From assembly GCF_009914755.1 (NCBI RefSeq), contig NC_060929.1: a stretch of DNA of 64,000 nucleotides. The stretch is one strand, 5' to 3'. This document shows, in pieces, positions 1 through 10,200 of the stretch (position 1 is the first letter of the stretch; every line of letters begins with the position of its first letter). The stretch comes from the human T2T-CHM13v2.0 reference genome, Homo sapiens. The position numbers and the translations under genes are program-made. The notes beneath the pieces are model-generated. The model saw only the letters and a list, made by a program, of their open reading frames with translations, did no database searches and was not told where the DNA came from.

Positions 1-11
1 CCACCCTGAAT
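1..11 (+). CDS. CDHR2: CDHR2 coding exon, 3' end only (cut by the window edge)
   Basis: ...ACC CTG AAT followed by a gtgagt donor at 12; phase 0 joins the next exon. Confidence 0.75.
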
Positions 12-100
12 GTGAGTGCTGGTCCCACCTCCAGCCCCCAACGCCCTCTGCCAGCCCCCAGGGTCCCTGGTGCCTCATCTCCTGCACACCCCCTTCCCAG

Positions 101-189
101 CTCTTCACCGTGGACCAGAGTTACCGCTCGCGGCTGCAGTTCTCCACACCGAAGGAGGAGGTGGGCGCCAACAGACAGGCGATTAATGC
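101..189 (+). CDS. CDHR2: CDHR2 coding exon (LFTVDQSYRSRLQFSTPKEEVGANRQAINA)
   Basis: cccttcccag acceptor, gtaggt donor, 89 nt, phase 0 to 2. Confidence 0.9.
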
Positions 190-650
190 GTAGGTCTGGG
201 GAGCCCCGGAGGGAGGGGTAGGAAGAACAGGGTGTAGGAGCCTGGTCCCCGACAAAACCTGGATGGGATGTCTCTCAATCCTGTTCCTGACCCACATTTG
301 ACCTTGTCCCTGTCTTCAACCCTGTACTTTCACCTGCACGACGTTCTTGCATGTCCCCAGAAGCCCATACCCAGCCAAGGGCAGAGGGAAGCCCTGGAAC
401 AAGGCTGCCGTGTACAGTTGTGAAGGCTGTGTGTTGCACAAGGGCACTCTGCTTGCTAAGCTATTCACCCAGCCCCAGAGGAAGGGATTTCCTTTTGTAA
501 TTTTCACAGAGATGCTACCTACTCAGCCAACAGAGCTGTCCAGAGGAGGTGCCCTTTCTCACTCATACAATTCTTAATCCCACTGGCACAGCCCTGGCCA
601 CAGGCCCAGGCTAAGACCCCAGGCCTCTGTGACATCTGCCTTCTTTGCAG

Positions 651-719
651 GGCTCTTACCCAGGCAACCAGGACTACAGTATACATTGTGGACATTCAGG
701 ACATAGATTCTGCAGCTCG
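651..719 (+). CDS. CDHR2: CDHR2 coding exon (ALTQATRTTVYIVDIQDIDSAAR)
   Basis: ttctttgcag acceptor, gtgagt donor, phase 2 to 2. Confidence 0.92.
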
Positions 720-825
720 GTGAGTGCCCAGAGGCCTGGGGGTGGGGTTGAGGGGGAGAAGCGGTAGCAGGAGGGGCCTGCTGGGTGATCCAGGCTCCTG
801 ACTCTTCAACTCTGTCCCGCTCCAG

Positions 826-903
826 GGCCCGACCTCACTCCTACCTCGATGCCTACTTTGTCTTCCCCAATGGGTCAGCCCTGACCCTTGATGAGCTGAG
901 TGT
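826..903 (+). CDS. CDHR2: CDHR2 coding exon (ARPHSYLDAYFVFPNGSALTLDELSV)
   Basis: ctccag acceptor, gtgagt donor, phase 2 to 2. Confidence 0.92.
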
Positions 904-997
904 GTGAGTGGGGCTGCCCTTGGGGCAGGTGTGAGGGTGAGCAGGAAGCCTGGGGTGTGCCAAGGTCCCTCGGGCCTAAGTGGAGTTCTGTGGCCAG

Positions 998-1058
998 GAT
1001 GATCCGGAATGATCAGGACTCGCTGACGCAGCTGCTGCAGCTGGGGCTGGTGGTGCTG
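998..1058 (+). CDS. CDHR2: CDHR2 coding exon (MIRNDQDSLTQLLQLGLVVL)
   Basis: ggccag acceptor, gtgagt donor, phase 2 to 0. Confidence 0.9.
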
Positions 1059-1135
1059 GTGAGTGCGGGCAGGGCGGGGCAGCAGGTGGGGCTGCTGAAG
1101 ACGAGTGTGCTTCCCTCACATTCATCTTTCTCCAG

Positions 1136-1260
1136 GGCTCCCAGGAGAGCCAGGAGTCAGACCTGTCGAAACAGCTCATCAGTGTCATCATAGGATTGGG
1201 AGTGGCTTTGCTGCTGGTCCTTGTGATCATGACCATGGCCTTCGTGTGTGTGCGGAAGAG
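1136..1260 (+). CDS. CDHR2: CDHR2 transmembrane exon (GSQESQESDLSKQLISVIIGLGVALLLVLVIMTMAFVCVRKS)
   Basis: ctttctccag acceptor, gtgcgg donor; hydrophobic helix followed by basic RK stop-transfer residues. Confidence 0.95.
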
Positions 1261-1782
1261 GTGCGGCTCCCATTGCCCCCGTGTCTCCAACCTTCACCCT
1301 CTCCCACCACCCAAGACGTCGGGGGGTAGGGGTAGAAGGAGCTGGGGCTTAGGCACAGGTATACATGCATTCACTCCCCAGTGACCCAGTGCGAGATCTT
1401 GGGTGAGTCACCTCCCCTCCACGGGCCTCAGTTTCCTTATCTGTGAAAGGGCATGAGACTTGATTCCTCAGTGCACTCAAGGAAGTAACATGCATCTCAC
1501 ACCCAGCTAGACGTCTGGCACACACTATGCGTTTAATAGATGCTGCTGCTTTTTCCAACATGTATAGAGTCAGCAGCCGTATCTGGGCTTGACTTCAAGC
1601 CTTGTCACTGGCTATTTGACCTTTGGCAAATCACTTGCCTTCTCTGGCTCTTACTTCTACCCTCTGTAAAATAGAGCTAACACTCACCTCCCGGGATCTT
1701 GTGAAGCCACAGGCTCAGGGCCTCCACTGGGGACACAACAGGTGTGCAGCAACAGTGTGACCCCTCTTCCGGTTCCCCACAG

Positions 1783-1896
1783 CTACAACCGGAAGCTTCA
1801 AGCTATGAAGGCTGCCAAGGAGGCCAGGAAGACAGCAGCAGGGGTGATGCCCTCAGCCCCTGCCATCCCAGGGACTAACATGTACAACACTGAGCG
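1783..1896 (+). CDS. CDHR2: CDHR2 cytoplasmic exon (YNRKLQAMKAAKEARKTAAGVMPSAPAIPGTNMYNTER)
   Basis: ccccacag acceptor, gtgagc donor, phase 2 to 2. Confidence 0.93.
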
Positions 1897-1976
1897 GTGA
1901 GCAGGGGTCAAAGGGTAGGTAAGAGGCCTGGTGGGGTGGCTGAGGGCCAGGCAACTTGACCAGGCTTTCTCTCCAG

Positions 1977-2057
1977 AGCCAACCCCATGCTGAACCTCCC
2001 CAACAAAGACCTGGGCTTGGAGTACCTCTCTCCCTCCAATGACCTGGACTCTGTCAG
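1977..2057 (+). CDS. CDHR2: CDHR2 cytoplasmic exon (ANPMLNLPNKDLGLEYLSPSNDLDSVS)
   Basis: ctctccag acceptor, gtgagc donor, phase 2 to 2. Confidence 0.93.
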
Positions 2058-2085
2058 GTGAGCAGTGCCCCTCACAGCCAGGCTA

Positions 2086-5000
2086 GGTGGTGGTGGTGGT
2101 ACAGGTAGTGACGGTGATGGTGGTGATGGTGTTGGTGGTGATGATGGTGATGACAATGGTGATGGTGTGGTCATGGTAGTAGTGGTAGTTATGGTGGTGG
2201 TGATGGTAGTGAGGTGATGGTGATGGTAGCAATGGTGACAGTGGTGATGATGACAACAATGATGGTGGTGATGATGGTGTTGGTGTTGAGGTGATGGTGA
2301 TGGTTGTGATGGTGATGGTGGTGATGATGGTGTTGGTGTTGAGGTGATGGTGATGGTTGTGATGGTGATGGTGGTGATGATGGTGTTGGTGTTGAGGTGA
2401 TGGTGATGGTTGTGATGGTGATGGTGGTGATGATGGTGTTGGTGTTGAGGTGATGGTGATGGTTGTGATGGTGATGGTGGTGATGATGGTGTTGGTGTTG
2501 AGGTGATGGTGATGGTTGTGATGGTGATGGTGGTGATGATGGTGTTGGTGTTGAGGTGATGGTGATGGTTGTGATGGTGATGGTGGTGATGATGGTGTTG
2601 GTGTTGAGGTGATGGTGATGGTTGTGATGGTGATGGTGGTGATGATGGTGTTGGTGTTGAGGTGATGGTGATGGTTGTGATGGTGATGGTGGTGATGATG
2701 GTGTTGGTGTTGAGGTGATGGTGATGGTTGTGATGGTGATGGTGGTGATGATGGTGTTGGTGTTGAGGTGATGGTGATGGTTGTGATGGTGATGGTGGTG
2801 ATGATGGTGTTGGTGTTGAGGTGATGGTGATGGTTGTGATGGTGATGGTGGTGATGATGGTGTTGGTGTTGAGGTGATGGTGATGGTTGTGATGGTGATG
2901 GTGGTGATGATGGTGTTGGTGTTGAGGTGATGGTGATGGTTGTGATGGTGATGGTGGTGATGATGGTGTTGGTGTTGAGGTGATGGTGATGGTTGTGATG
3001 GTGATGGTGGTGATGATGGTGTTGGTGTTGAGGTGATGGTGATGGTTGTGATGGTGATGGTGGTGATGATGGTGTTGGTGTTGAGGTGATGGTGATGGTT
3101 GTGATGGTGATGGTGGTGATGATGGTGTTGGTGTTGAGGTGATGGTGATGGTTGTGATGGTGATGGTGGTGATGATGGTGTTGGTGTTGAGGTGATGGTG
3201 ATGGTTGTGATGGTGATGGTGGTGATGATGGTGTTGGTGTTGAGGTGATGGTGATGGTTGTGATGGTGATGGTGGTGATGATGGTGTTGGTGTTGAGGTG
3301 ATGGTGATGGTTGTGATGGTGATGGTGGTGATGATGGTGTTGGTGTTGAGGTGATGGTGATGGTTGTGATGGTGATGGTGGTGATGATGGTGTTGGTGTT
3401 GAGGTGATGGTGATGGTTGTGATGGTGATGGTGGTGATGATGGTGTTGGTGTTGAGGTGATGGTGATGGTTGTGATGGTGATGGTGGTGATGATGGTGTT
3501 GGTGTTGAGGTGATGGTGATGGTTGTGATGGTGATGGTGGTGATGATGGTGTTGGTGTTGAGGTGATGGTGATGGTGGTGATGGTGATGGTGGTGATGAT
3601 GGTGTTGGTGTTGAGGTGATGGTGATGGTGGTGATGGTGATGGTGGTGATGATGGTGTTGGTGTTGAGGTGATGGTGATGGTGGTGATGGTGATGGTGGT
3701 GATGATGGTGTTGGTGTTGAGGTGATGGTGATGGTTGTGATGGTGATGGTGGTGATGATGGTGTTGGTGTTGAGGTGATGGTGATGGTTGTGATGGTGAT
3801 GGTGGTGATGATGGTGTTGGTGTTGAGGTGATGGTGATGGTTGTGATGGTGATGGTGGTGATGATGGTGTTGGTGTTGAGGTGATGGTGATGGTTGTGAT
3901 GGTGATGGTGGTGATGATGGTGTTGGTGTTGAGGTGATGGTGATGGTTGTGATGGTGATGGTGGTGATGATGGTGTTGGTGTTGAGGTGATGGTGATGGT
4001 TGTGATGGTGATGGTGGTGATGATGGTGTTGGTGTTGAGGTGATGGTGATGGTTGTGATGGTGATGGTGGTGATGATGGTGTTGGTGTTGAGGTGATGGT
4101 GATGGTTGTGATGGTGATGGTGGTGATGATGGTGTTGGTGTTGAGGTGATGGTGATGGTTGTGATGGTGATGGTGGTGATGATGGTGTTGGTGTTGAGGT
4201 GATGGTGATGGTTGTGATGGTGATGGTGGTGATGATGGTGTTGGTGTTGAGGTGATGGTGATGGTTGTGATGGTGATGGTGGTGATGATGGTGTTGGTGT
4301 TGAGGTGATGGTGATGGTTGTGATGGTGATGGTGGTGATGATGGTGTTGGTGTTGAGGTGATGGTGATGGTTGTGATGGTGATGGTGGTGATGATGGTGT
4401 TGGTGTTGAGGTGATGGTGATGGTTGTGATGGTGATGGTGGTGATGATGGTGTTGGTGTTGAGGTGATGGTGATGGTTGTGATGGTGATGGTGGTGATGA
4501 TGGTGTTGGTGTTGAGGTGATGGTGATGGTTGTGATGGTGATGGTGGTGATGATGGTGATGATGACGATGGTGGTGGTGGTGGTGTTGGTGTTGAGGTGA
4601 TGGTGGTGATGGTAGTGGTGGTGGGTGATGGTGGTGGCAATGGTGATGGTGGTGGTCATGGTGGTCATGGTAGTGGTGGCAGTTATTGTGGTGGTGGTGG
4701 TGATGGTGATGGTAGTGATGGTGATGGTGGTGATGATGGTGATGATGACAATGATGATGGTGGTGGTGGTGTTGGTGTTGAGGTGATGATGGTGCTGATG
4801 GTGATGGTGGTGATGATGGTGATGATGACAATGATGATGGTGGTGGTGGTGTTGGTGTTGAGGTGATGATGGTGGTGATGGTGATGGTGGTGATGATGAT
4901 GGTGGTGGTGGTGGTGTTGGTGTTGAGGTGATGGTGGTGATGGTGATGGTAGTGATGGTGATGGTGGTGGTGATGGTTATGATGATGATGGTGGTGGTGG

Positions 5001-5251
5001 TGTTGGTGTTGAGGTGATGGTGATGGTGATGATGGATGATGACGGTGGTGGTGGTGGTGTTGGTGTTGAGGTGATGGTGATGGTGGTGGTGATAGTGATT
5101 ATGATGATAGTGGTGGTGGTGGTGTTGGTGTTGAGGTGATGGTGATGGTGCTGATGGTAGTGATGATGGTAGTTGTGATGATGGTGGTGGTGGTGATGGT
5201 GATGATGGTGGTAGTCGTGGTGATGGTGATGGTGGTGATGGAGGTGGTGGT
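2086..5251. repeat. Low-complexity (GGT/GAT)n region filling a CDHR2 intron
   Basis: Almost entirely GGT/GAT/GTT triplets with very few C on the + strand. Confidence 0.97.
2262..4557. repeat. 53-bp VNTR, ~43 near-identical copies; unit GAGGTGATGGTGATGGTTGTGATGGTGATGGTGGTGATGATGGTGTTGGTGTT
   Basis: GAGGT recurs at 2288, 2341 ... 4514, exactly 42 x 53 bp apart. Confidence 0.97.
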
Positions 5252-5314
5252 TCTTGGGCACAGTAAGGGAGGACTGGGCCTGCCAACACCTGAGCTCCAT
5301 CACCTCTCTTACAG

Positions 5315-5372
5315 CGTCAACTCCCTGGACGACAACTCTGTGGATGTGGACAAGAACAGTCAGGAAATCAAG
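5315..5372 (+). CDS. CDHR2: CDHR2 penultimate coding exon (VNSLDDNSVDVDKNSQEIK), followed by a GC donor
   Basis: ctcttacag acceptor; AAG|gcaaga is the junction that joins in frame to the last exon and matches the CDHR2 C-terminus as I recall it. Confidence 0.85.
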
Positions 5373-5859
5373 GCAAGATGGGGGATGAATTGGTGCCTGG
5401 AGGTTCCAACTTGGGTTCTTCTGTGGAGGCTTCAGGGCAGAGCTCAAGGGACCTGCTACTGACATGGGCAGTTCTGCTTCTCTGCACCAGGCCCCAGGAA
5501 GCCCTGTGGCTTTGGAATGGGGTCCAATTCCTGCTCCTCCACTGGTTCACTGTGTGACCCTGAGAGACTTCTTGCCTCTGCTTCTCAGTTTTTTCACCTG
5601 TAAATGGGGATGGGAACATCAACCATGCAGGGCCATTGTGAGGATTAAATAAGGGCAGGCATAAGAACCACTTGGCACAAACAAGTGCTCACCAATCTGC
5701 TTCCAGCCCTTTATGGCCGTTATAGGAAAGCCAGCTGGGGGTGGGAAAGCAGATCCAGAGGTGAACCAGCATAGTCTAGCAAAGGAGAGAAGATGGGTTC
5801 AAATAAACAACAGTACCGCCATCTGTTAAACAGGTGAGTTGGTTGGATGAGATCAAGTG

Positions 5860-6066
5860 TTCATAGACTGGCCTGCTGCGTAAAAGCACCTGAGGAGCTC
5901 TTGAAAAATACTGATGCCCAGGTCACACCCAGGTCCATGGGTGCAACATTCTAGCATTTTAAAGACCAAGAGTTCTGATTCTGATGGCCCACGTGGAGCC
6001 TGGGCATGGACCTGTTGTAAAAGCCGCTCAGGGGGTGCTAAGGTGCAGGCACGGTGGACACCGCTG
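5860..6066. mobile_element. MER5-family (hAT-Charlie) DNA transposon remnant
   Basis: aaaatactgatgcccagg...ttctgattc...gcctgggcat motif typical of MER5. Confidence 0.55.
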
Positions 6067-8123
6067 GAGCGGGTCAGCAGGCTGAGTGTGGGGTGGGTCC
6101 TGGACATGGAGGGGTGGCTCTCTGGAAACAGAAGGAACTGCCCTCTCTCCTTCCCACTTTGAAAGCCACCTCTGGAGGAGACGCTTAAGGCCCATTGGAG
6201 CTGTGATAGGCTGAGGTTCTGTGTGTGGTGCTGCGGGGGATCCACCCACATTTTCCCCCAGTCTGGGTTCTGGGCTTGGCTGGGTCCCAGGCCACTAGGG
6301 GCTCCCAACCTGACTTCATGGTTCAGAATTTGTTTTCCCTGAGGACTCCTTACATGGAAAGATTTGGTCAACCGAAGCCTCTCTTGGTCTTTAAAATGGT
6401 AGAATGTCGCACAGGGGCCCAGGTATAATACGGTACAGGGAATCTGGCACAGAGGCCTCCGGACAGGCCCCAGGTATGGTTGTGTGGGTGGTAATGCAGG
6501 CAGCCAGGCAGCGCTGGAGGCCTCTGGGTAGATGCTAGGAGATGGTTAGTGGCCAAAACTCTAATGAACATGTCTGGGGAACTGAGGCGAAGGAACAGTC
6601 TTGTCTACTGGAGTGCATGGCCTGTGGCAGAGGCTGATGCTGCTCCTAACCCAAGGGAGTGGAGTTAAGGACCCCCTGAGGTGTGGCTGGATCTGTGGAC
6701 TGGGAAGGGGCAGGGAAGTAGGAGAAGGGTCTGGAGAGGGTGTGGGGACAAGTCACGGAAAGTCTTCAAAGCCAGAAAATTGCTCAGATTATGTCCTGGG
6801 AGGGCAGGGGGTTGCTATATTTCTGAGAAGCTGCCCAAGGCTCCACCCTGTCTCCTGCAGCAGTGAGTCTTGCGGGTCTCTGGGCAGGTCCACGAGGCAT
6901 GGGGCCTTTTTGGGAGCTGTCTGCCCCCTGCTCTCCCATGGCTGGGGTGGCGCAGGTGGATCCTTTTCCCAGGAATCTCTTGGTGCCCTGACTTGTCTAA
7001 GCTCCACACGTCTGTGTGGTAGGTGTGAGTGGCTGGAGAGATTATCACTCTAACCTCCCCAAGTAACCAGCAAGGAAATTCACATCCAGAGAGGGGTGCT
7101 GACTTGCTCAAAGTGGGACAGCTTGCAGGGCAGGGGCAGACCAGAACCCAGGTCTTTGGTCTCTGGCACCAGGTCATGTTATCGTGGGTGGCACTGAGCC
7201 TGCAGCTCTCCACTTGGGGTCTGTCTTGAGGGCTCTGAGGAACACAGGCAGAATGCTTAGCCCCTCTGGGGCCCCTCGGATGTTCCACTGTTTACTAGGG
7301 ACCAGAACAGCCCCAGTCTGGAAAAAGCCCTTGGAGTGCCCTGGGGAGGGCGGTGGTGGCCGGGGCTCTGGCCCTGTGGGTGTCTCTGTAGCAGAGCAGC
7401 TGAGCTTGGGGGCCTGGCTGTTCCACAGGAGGGTGTGTGTGTGTGTGCACGCACACAGCATGTCGCATGGCGAGGTGGAAGAGGAAGGGCGGGAGAGATG
7501 AGTGAGTGTGTGCCATGATAAACTGCAGGTGGGACCAGCCTGTGGGTAGCGTCCCTCTGAGGGCAGCAAAAGGAGACGTCAAATTCAACCAGGGCAGTGT
7601 CACATCATGGACACGCTTTTGAACCAGCAAGACCAGTGGTCTGCCCCTCTTCACCAGTAGACCTCTCTAAGCCTCAGTTTCCACATCTGTGAAGAGAGGA
7701 CATGTTCCCTCCCTCAGAGGGTTTCAGTGGGTAGTTGAGGTAATGGATGGACCTCAACCCACACGGTGCCTGCCGTGGGGTACAGGGGGCAGGAACTGCG
7801 CTGGGCTGGCTCCTCGGCACAGGACACAGGGCCTGGCATTATTTGGAACTGGGCTGAACGGCAGAGTGCCGCAGTGTTGGTGGGCAGGGCAAAGGCAAGA
7901 GTGGATCCCCCAGGCCACACCCTCCCCCTCCCCTAATCTGCATCACCATTAGCCAGGGCCACCTCTGGGACACAGCCTGGACCAGAGGCCCCAGGAGGGG
8001 CAGGGTGGGACCCCTGCCAAGGAACCACTGGTCGTGAGCTTGAAGCCCATCCACTCCCCTAGGGCCTGGGGCACTCGCCCCACCTTGCCTTGCCCTTCAC
8101 ACCTCCTCTCCCTCTCCCTGCAG

Positions 8124-8264
8124 GAGCACAGGCCACCACACACACCACCAGAGCCAGATCCAGAGCCCCTGAGCGTGGTCCTGTTAGGACGGCAGGCAGG
8201 CGCAAGTGGACAGCTGGAGGGGCCATCCTACACCAACGCTGGCCTGGACACCACGGACCTGTGA
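8124..8264 (+). CDS. CDHR2: CDHR2 last coding exon (EHRPPHTPPEPDPEPLSVVLLGRQAGASGQLEGPSYTNAGLDTTDL*), ending in a PDZ-binding motif
   Basis: ctccctgcag acceptor; TGA at 8262-8264; class I PDZ ligand T-D-L at the C-terminus. Confidence 0.95.
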   Translation, partial: EHRPPHTPPEPDPEPLSVVLLGRQAGASGQLEGPSYTNAGLDTTDL

Positions 8265-8340
8265 CAGGGGCCCCCACTCTTCTGGACCCCTTGAAGAGGC
8301 CCTACCACACCCTAACTGCACCTGTCTCCCTGGAGATGAA

Positions 8341-8346
8341 AATATA
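8341..8346 (+). terminator. CDHR2: Probable variant poly(A) signal AATATA of CDHR2
   Basis: Best hexamer-like signal in the short interval between the CDHR2 stop and the GPRIN1 end. Confidence 0.45.
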
Positions 8347-8405
8347 TGACGCTGCCCTGCCTCCTGCTTTTGGCCAATCACGGCAGACAGGGGTTGGGGA
8401 AATAT

Positions 8406-8411
8406 TTTATT
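8406..8411 (-). terminator. GPRIN1: GPRIN1 poly(A) signal AATAAA
   Basis: TTTATT on the + strand about 1 kb downstream of the GPRIN1 stop. Confidence 0.8.
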
Positions 8412-9329
8412 ACCAATGTATACTGTGACAGTTTGTAGCCAAAAACTGCGGCTGGAGGGGTGGGGACGGGACACTGAGTGGTCACAAGGGACTTGGGCTC
8501 ACAGCACAGGGGGGACAAGGGGCTGGAGAGGGTGGCCTTTAAAAGACAACTGTGGTTATAGAATGAGCTCTCTGTCCTGTCCCCAATACCCAAGAACACC
8601 GGTCACCCAGGATGCCAGGGCCCAAGAGCTTCTGTGAGCCCAGCTGTGACCTCCAGACCTTCCTGAGACCCTCTGGCCTTTCTGTGACTCTCTCTCAGCT
8701 GAGCCCCCAGGGTACTTCCTGTAGCTGTCTTTGGCCTCTCTGGGAATCTCAAACCTGTGACTCAGTGGGAGAGGGGATGGGGCTGGAACCAGGCGGGTGG
8801 GAGATAGGAACTGGGGAAGGACCACCAACAGCATGCAAGAGACGCCCCGGCCACGGGGCCAGCCACTGCGTGGAGACGCTCACACTCGTTCTACCTCACG
8901 TGCTGCCCGAGACCTCACATTCAGAGACGTGCCCACTCGCGGGTCTCACACACCGATCCTCACCCACTTGAAGCTTCTGCCACTCAGACTTGTATGCAGT
9001 CTCTCCCTGTTCTGGGGATCTGGCCCCACCGGAGACCACAACGCACCAGTCTAGACATCTCAGGAGCCTGCCCCAGCTCTCAGGGGGTGGGAGGTGAGGG
9101 TGCTGAGCAGGCCCCCGTGGTCGCCCAGTGTGACCGGGAGTAGAGCTGAGGGCTGTGAGGGGACAGTGGGGCGTCAGGGCTGGCCGGGTTCGTGGCCTCG
9201 TGGCCACGAGGGAGCTTGGTAGAAGGGGTTCTTCTGTATTTGTGATGGGAGGGGCTGGAAAGACGGGGACGCAACAGCCCTAGAGGCTGCACAACCCCTC
9301 GGAGGCCTGTGGCACGCAGAGGGGACCCC

Positions 9330-10200
9330 TTCTAGGGGCCTGTGATCAAGAAGGGAGCCTGAGAAGGTCGGAAACTCGGGCGTACAAAATGGGGGCAGAT
9401 CACTCGGCCGTGGGTCCCGCCCGCGAGCAGCACCGCGGCCGGCGCACACTCTGCAGCAGCGCGCGGAACAGGCCGGGCGGACGCTTGGCGGCGCCATCTG
9501 GGGGCGCGGTGCGCACCGAGCCCGAACGGCCGGGGCCGGCACGGGCGGCGGGCGGCGGCGCGGGCGCCCCTTGGCGGCCGTGCTCCTCGATCTGTCGCTC
9601 CAGATGCTTCTGGATGGCCATGCCCAGCACCTCCACCTCCATGGCGGCGCCGTATACCTCCCACGTCATGCCCTTCTCGTCCCAGCTCACGTCTCGCACG
9701 GGCTCAGCCGGCTCCGGGGGCGCTACAGCGGCCGCCAGCGCTGAGCCGGGCCGCACCCGCACTTCGGGGAAGGCGGGCGGCGCGGCGGCTTGAGGTGTCA
9801 TGGGCCCAGTGGCCACGGAGCGCGTCTCGGCGGCGCCCAGCGACACCTGCAGGCCCGCATCTCGGCGCGAGGGCGGGCTGGGCGCGCGCGGCGCCGCCTG
9901 GAAGCTGAAGGCCGAGCCCCCAGCGCCGTCCTGCGGAGACATGGGGCTCACGGCCACTGAGACGCAGGCCTGCGCGCCCGCCTGAGTGCCCGCGTCCTCG
10001 CGCGGCGGCGGCGGGGCGCTCGCCTCCCACGACGGCGCCTTGGTGAAGTTGTCGCGAGTCCGCGGCCCCGGCGGGGGCGCTGCGGCCTCTGGGCAGGGGC
10101 TTCTCTCGGCCCCAGCGGCTTCCAGGTCTTTCTGGCCGAGACTGGAGGCCTCGGTGCTGGACACGGGCTCGGCCTTCGGCTCCACGCGGCCTTCACTGCC
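9330..10200. promoter_or_regulatory. CpG island over the 3' part of the GPRIN1 CDS
   Basis: Dense CG dinucleotides, very GC-rich. Confidence 0.75.

Noticed and set aside
2262-4557. CRISPR-like or telomere-like array
   Set aside because: No unique spacers, no cas genes and no TTAGGG; it is a head-to-tail minisatellite in a mammalian intron.
1908-5289. Three overlapping 880-1068 aa His/Thr/Pro ORFs on the - strand
   Set aside because: They are a by-product of the G-free antisense strand of the 53-bp VNTR, which cannot form stops. All frames give the same repeat, and the region is an intron of CDHR2.
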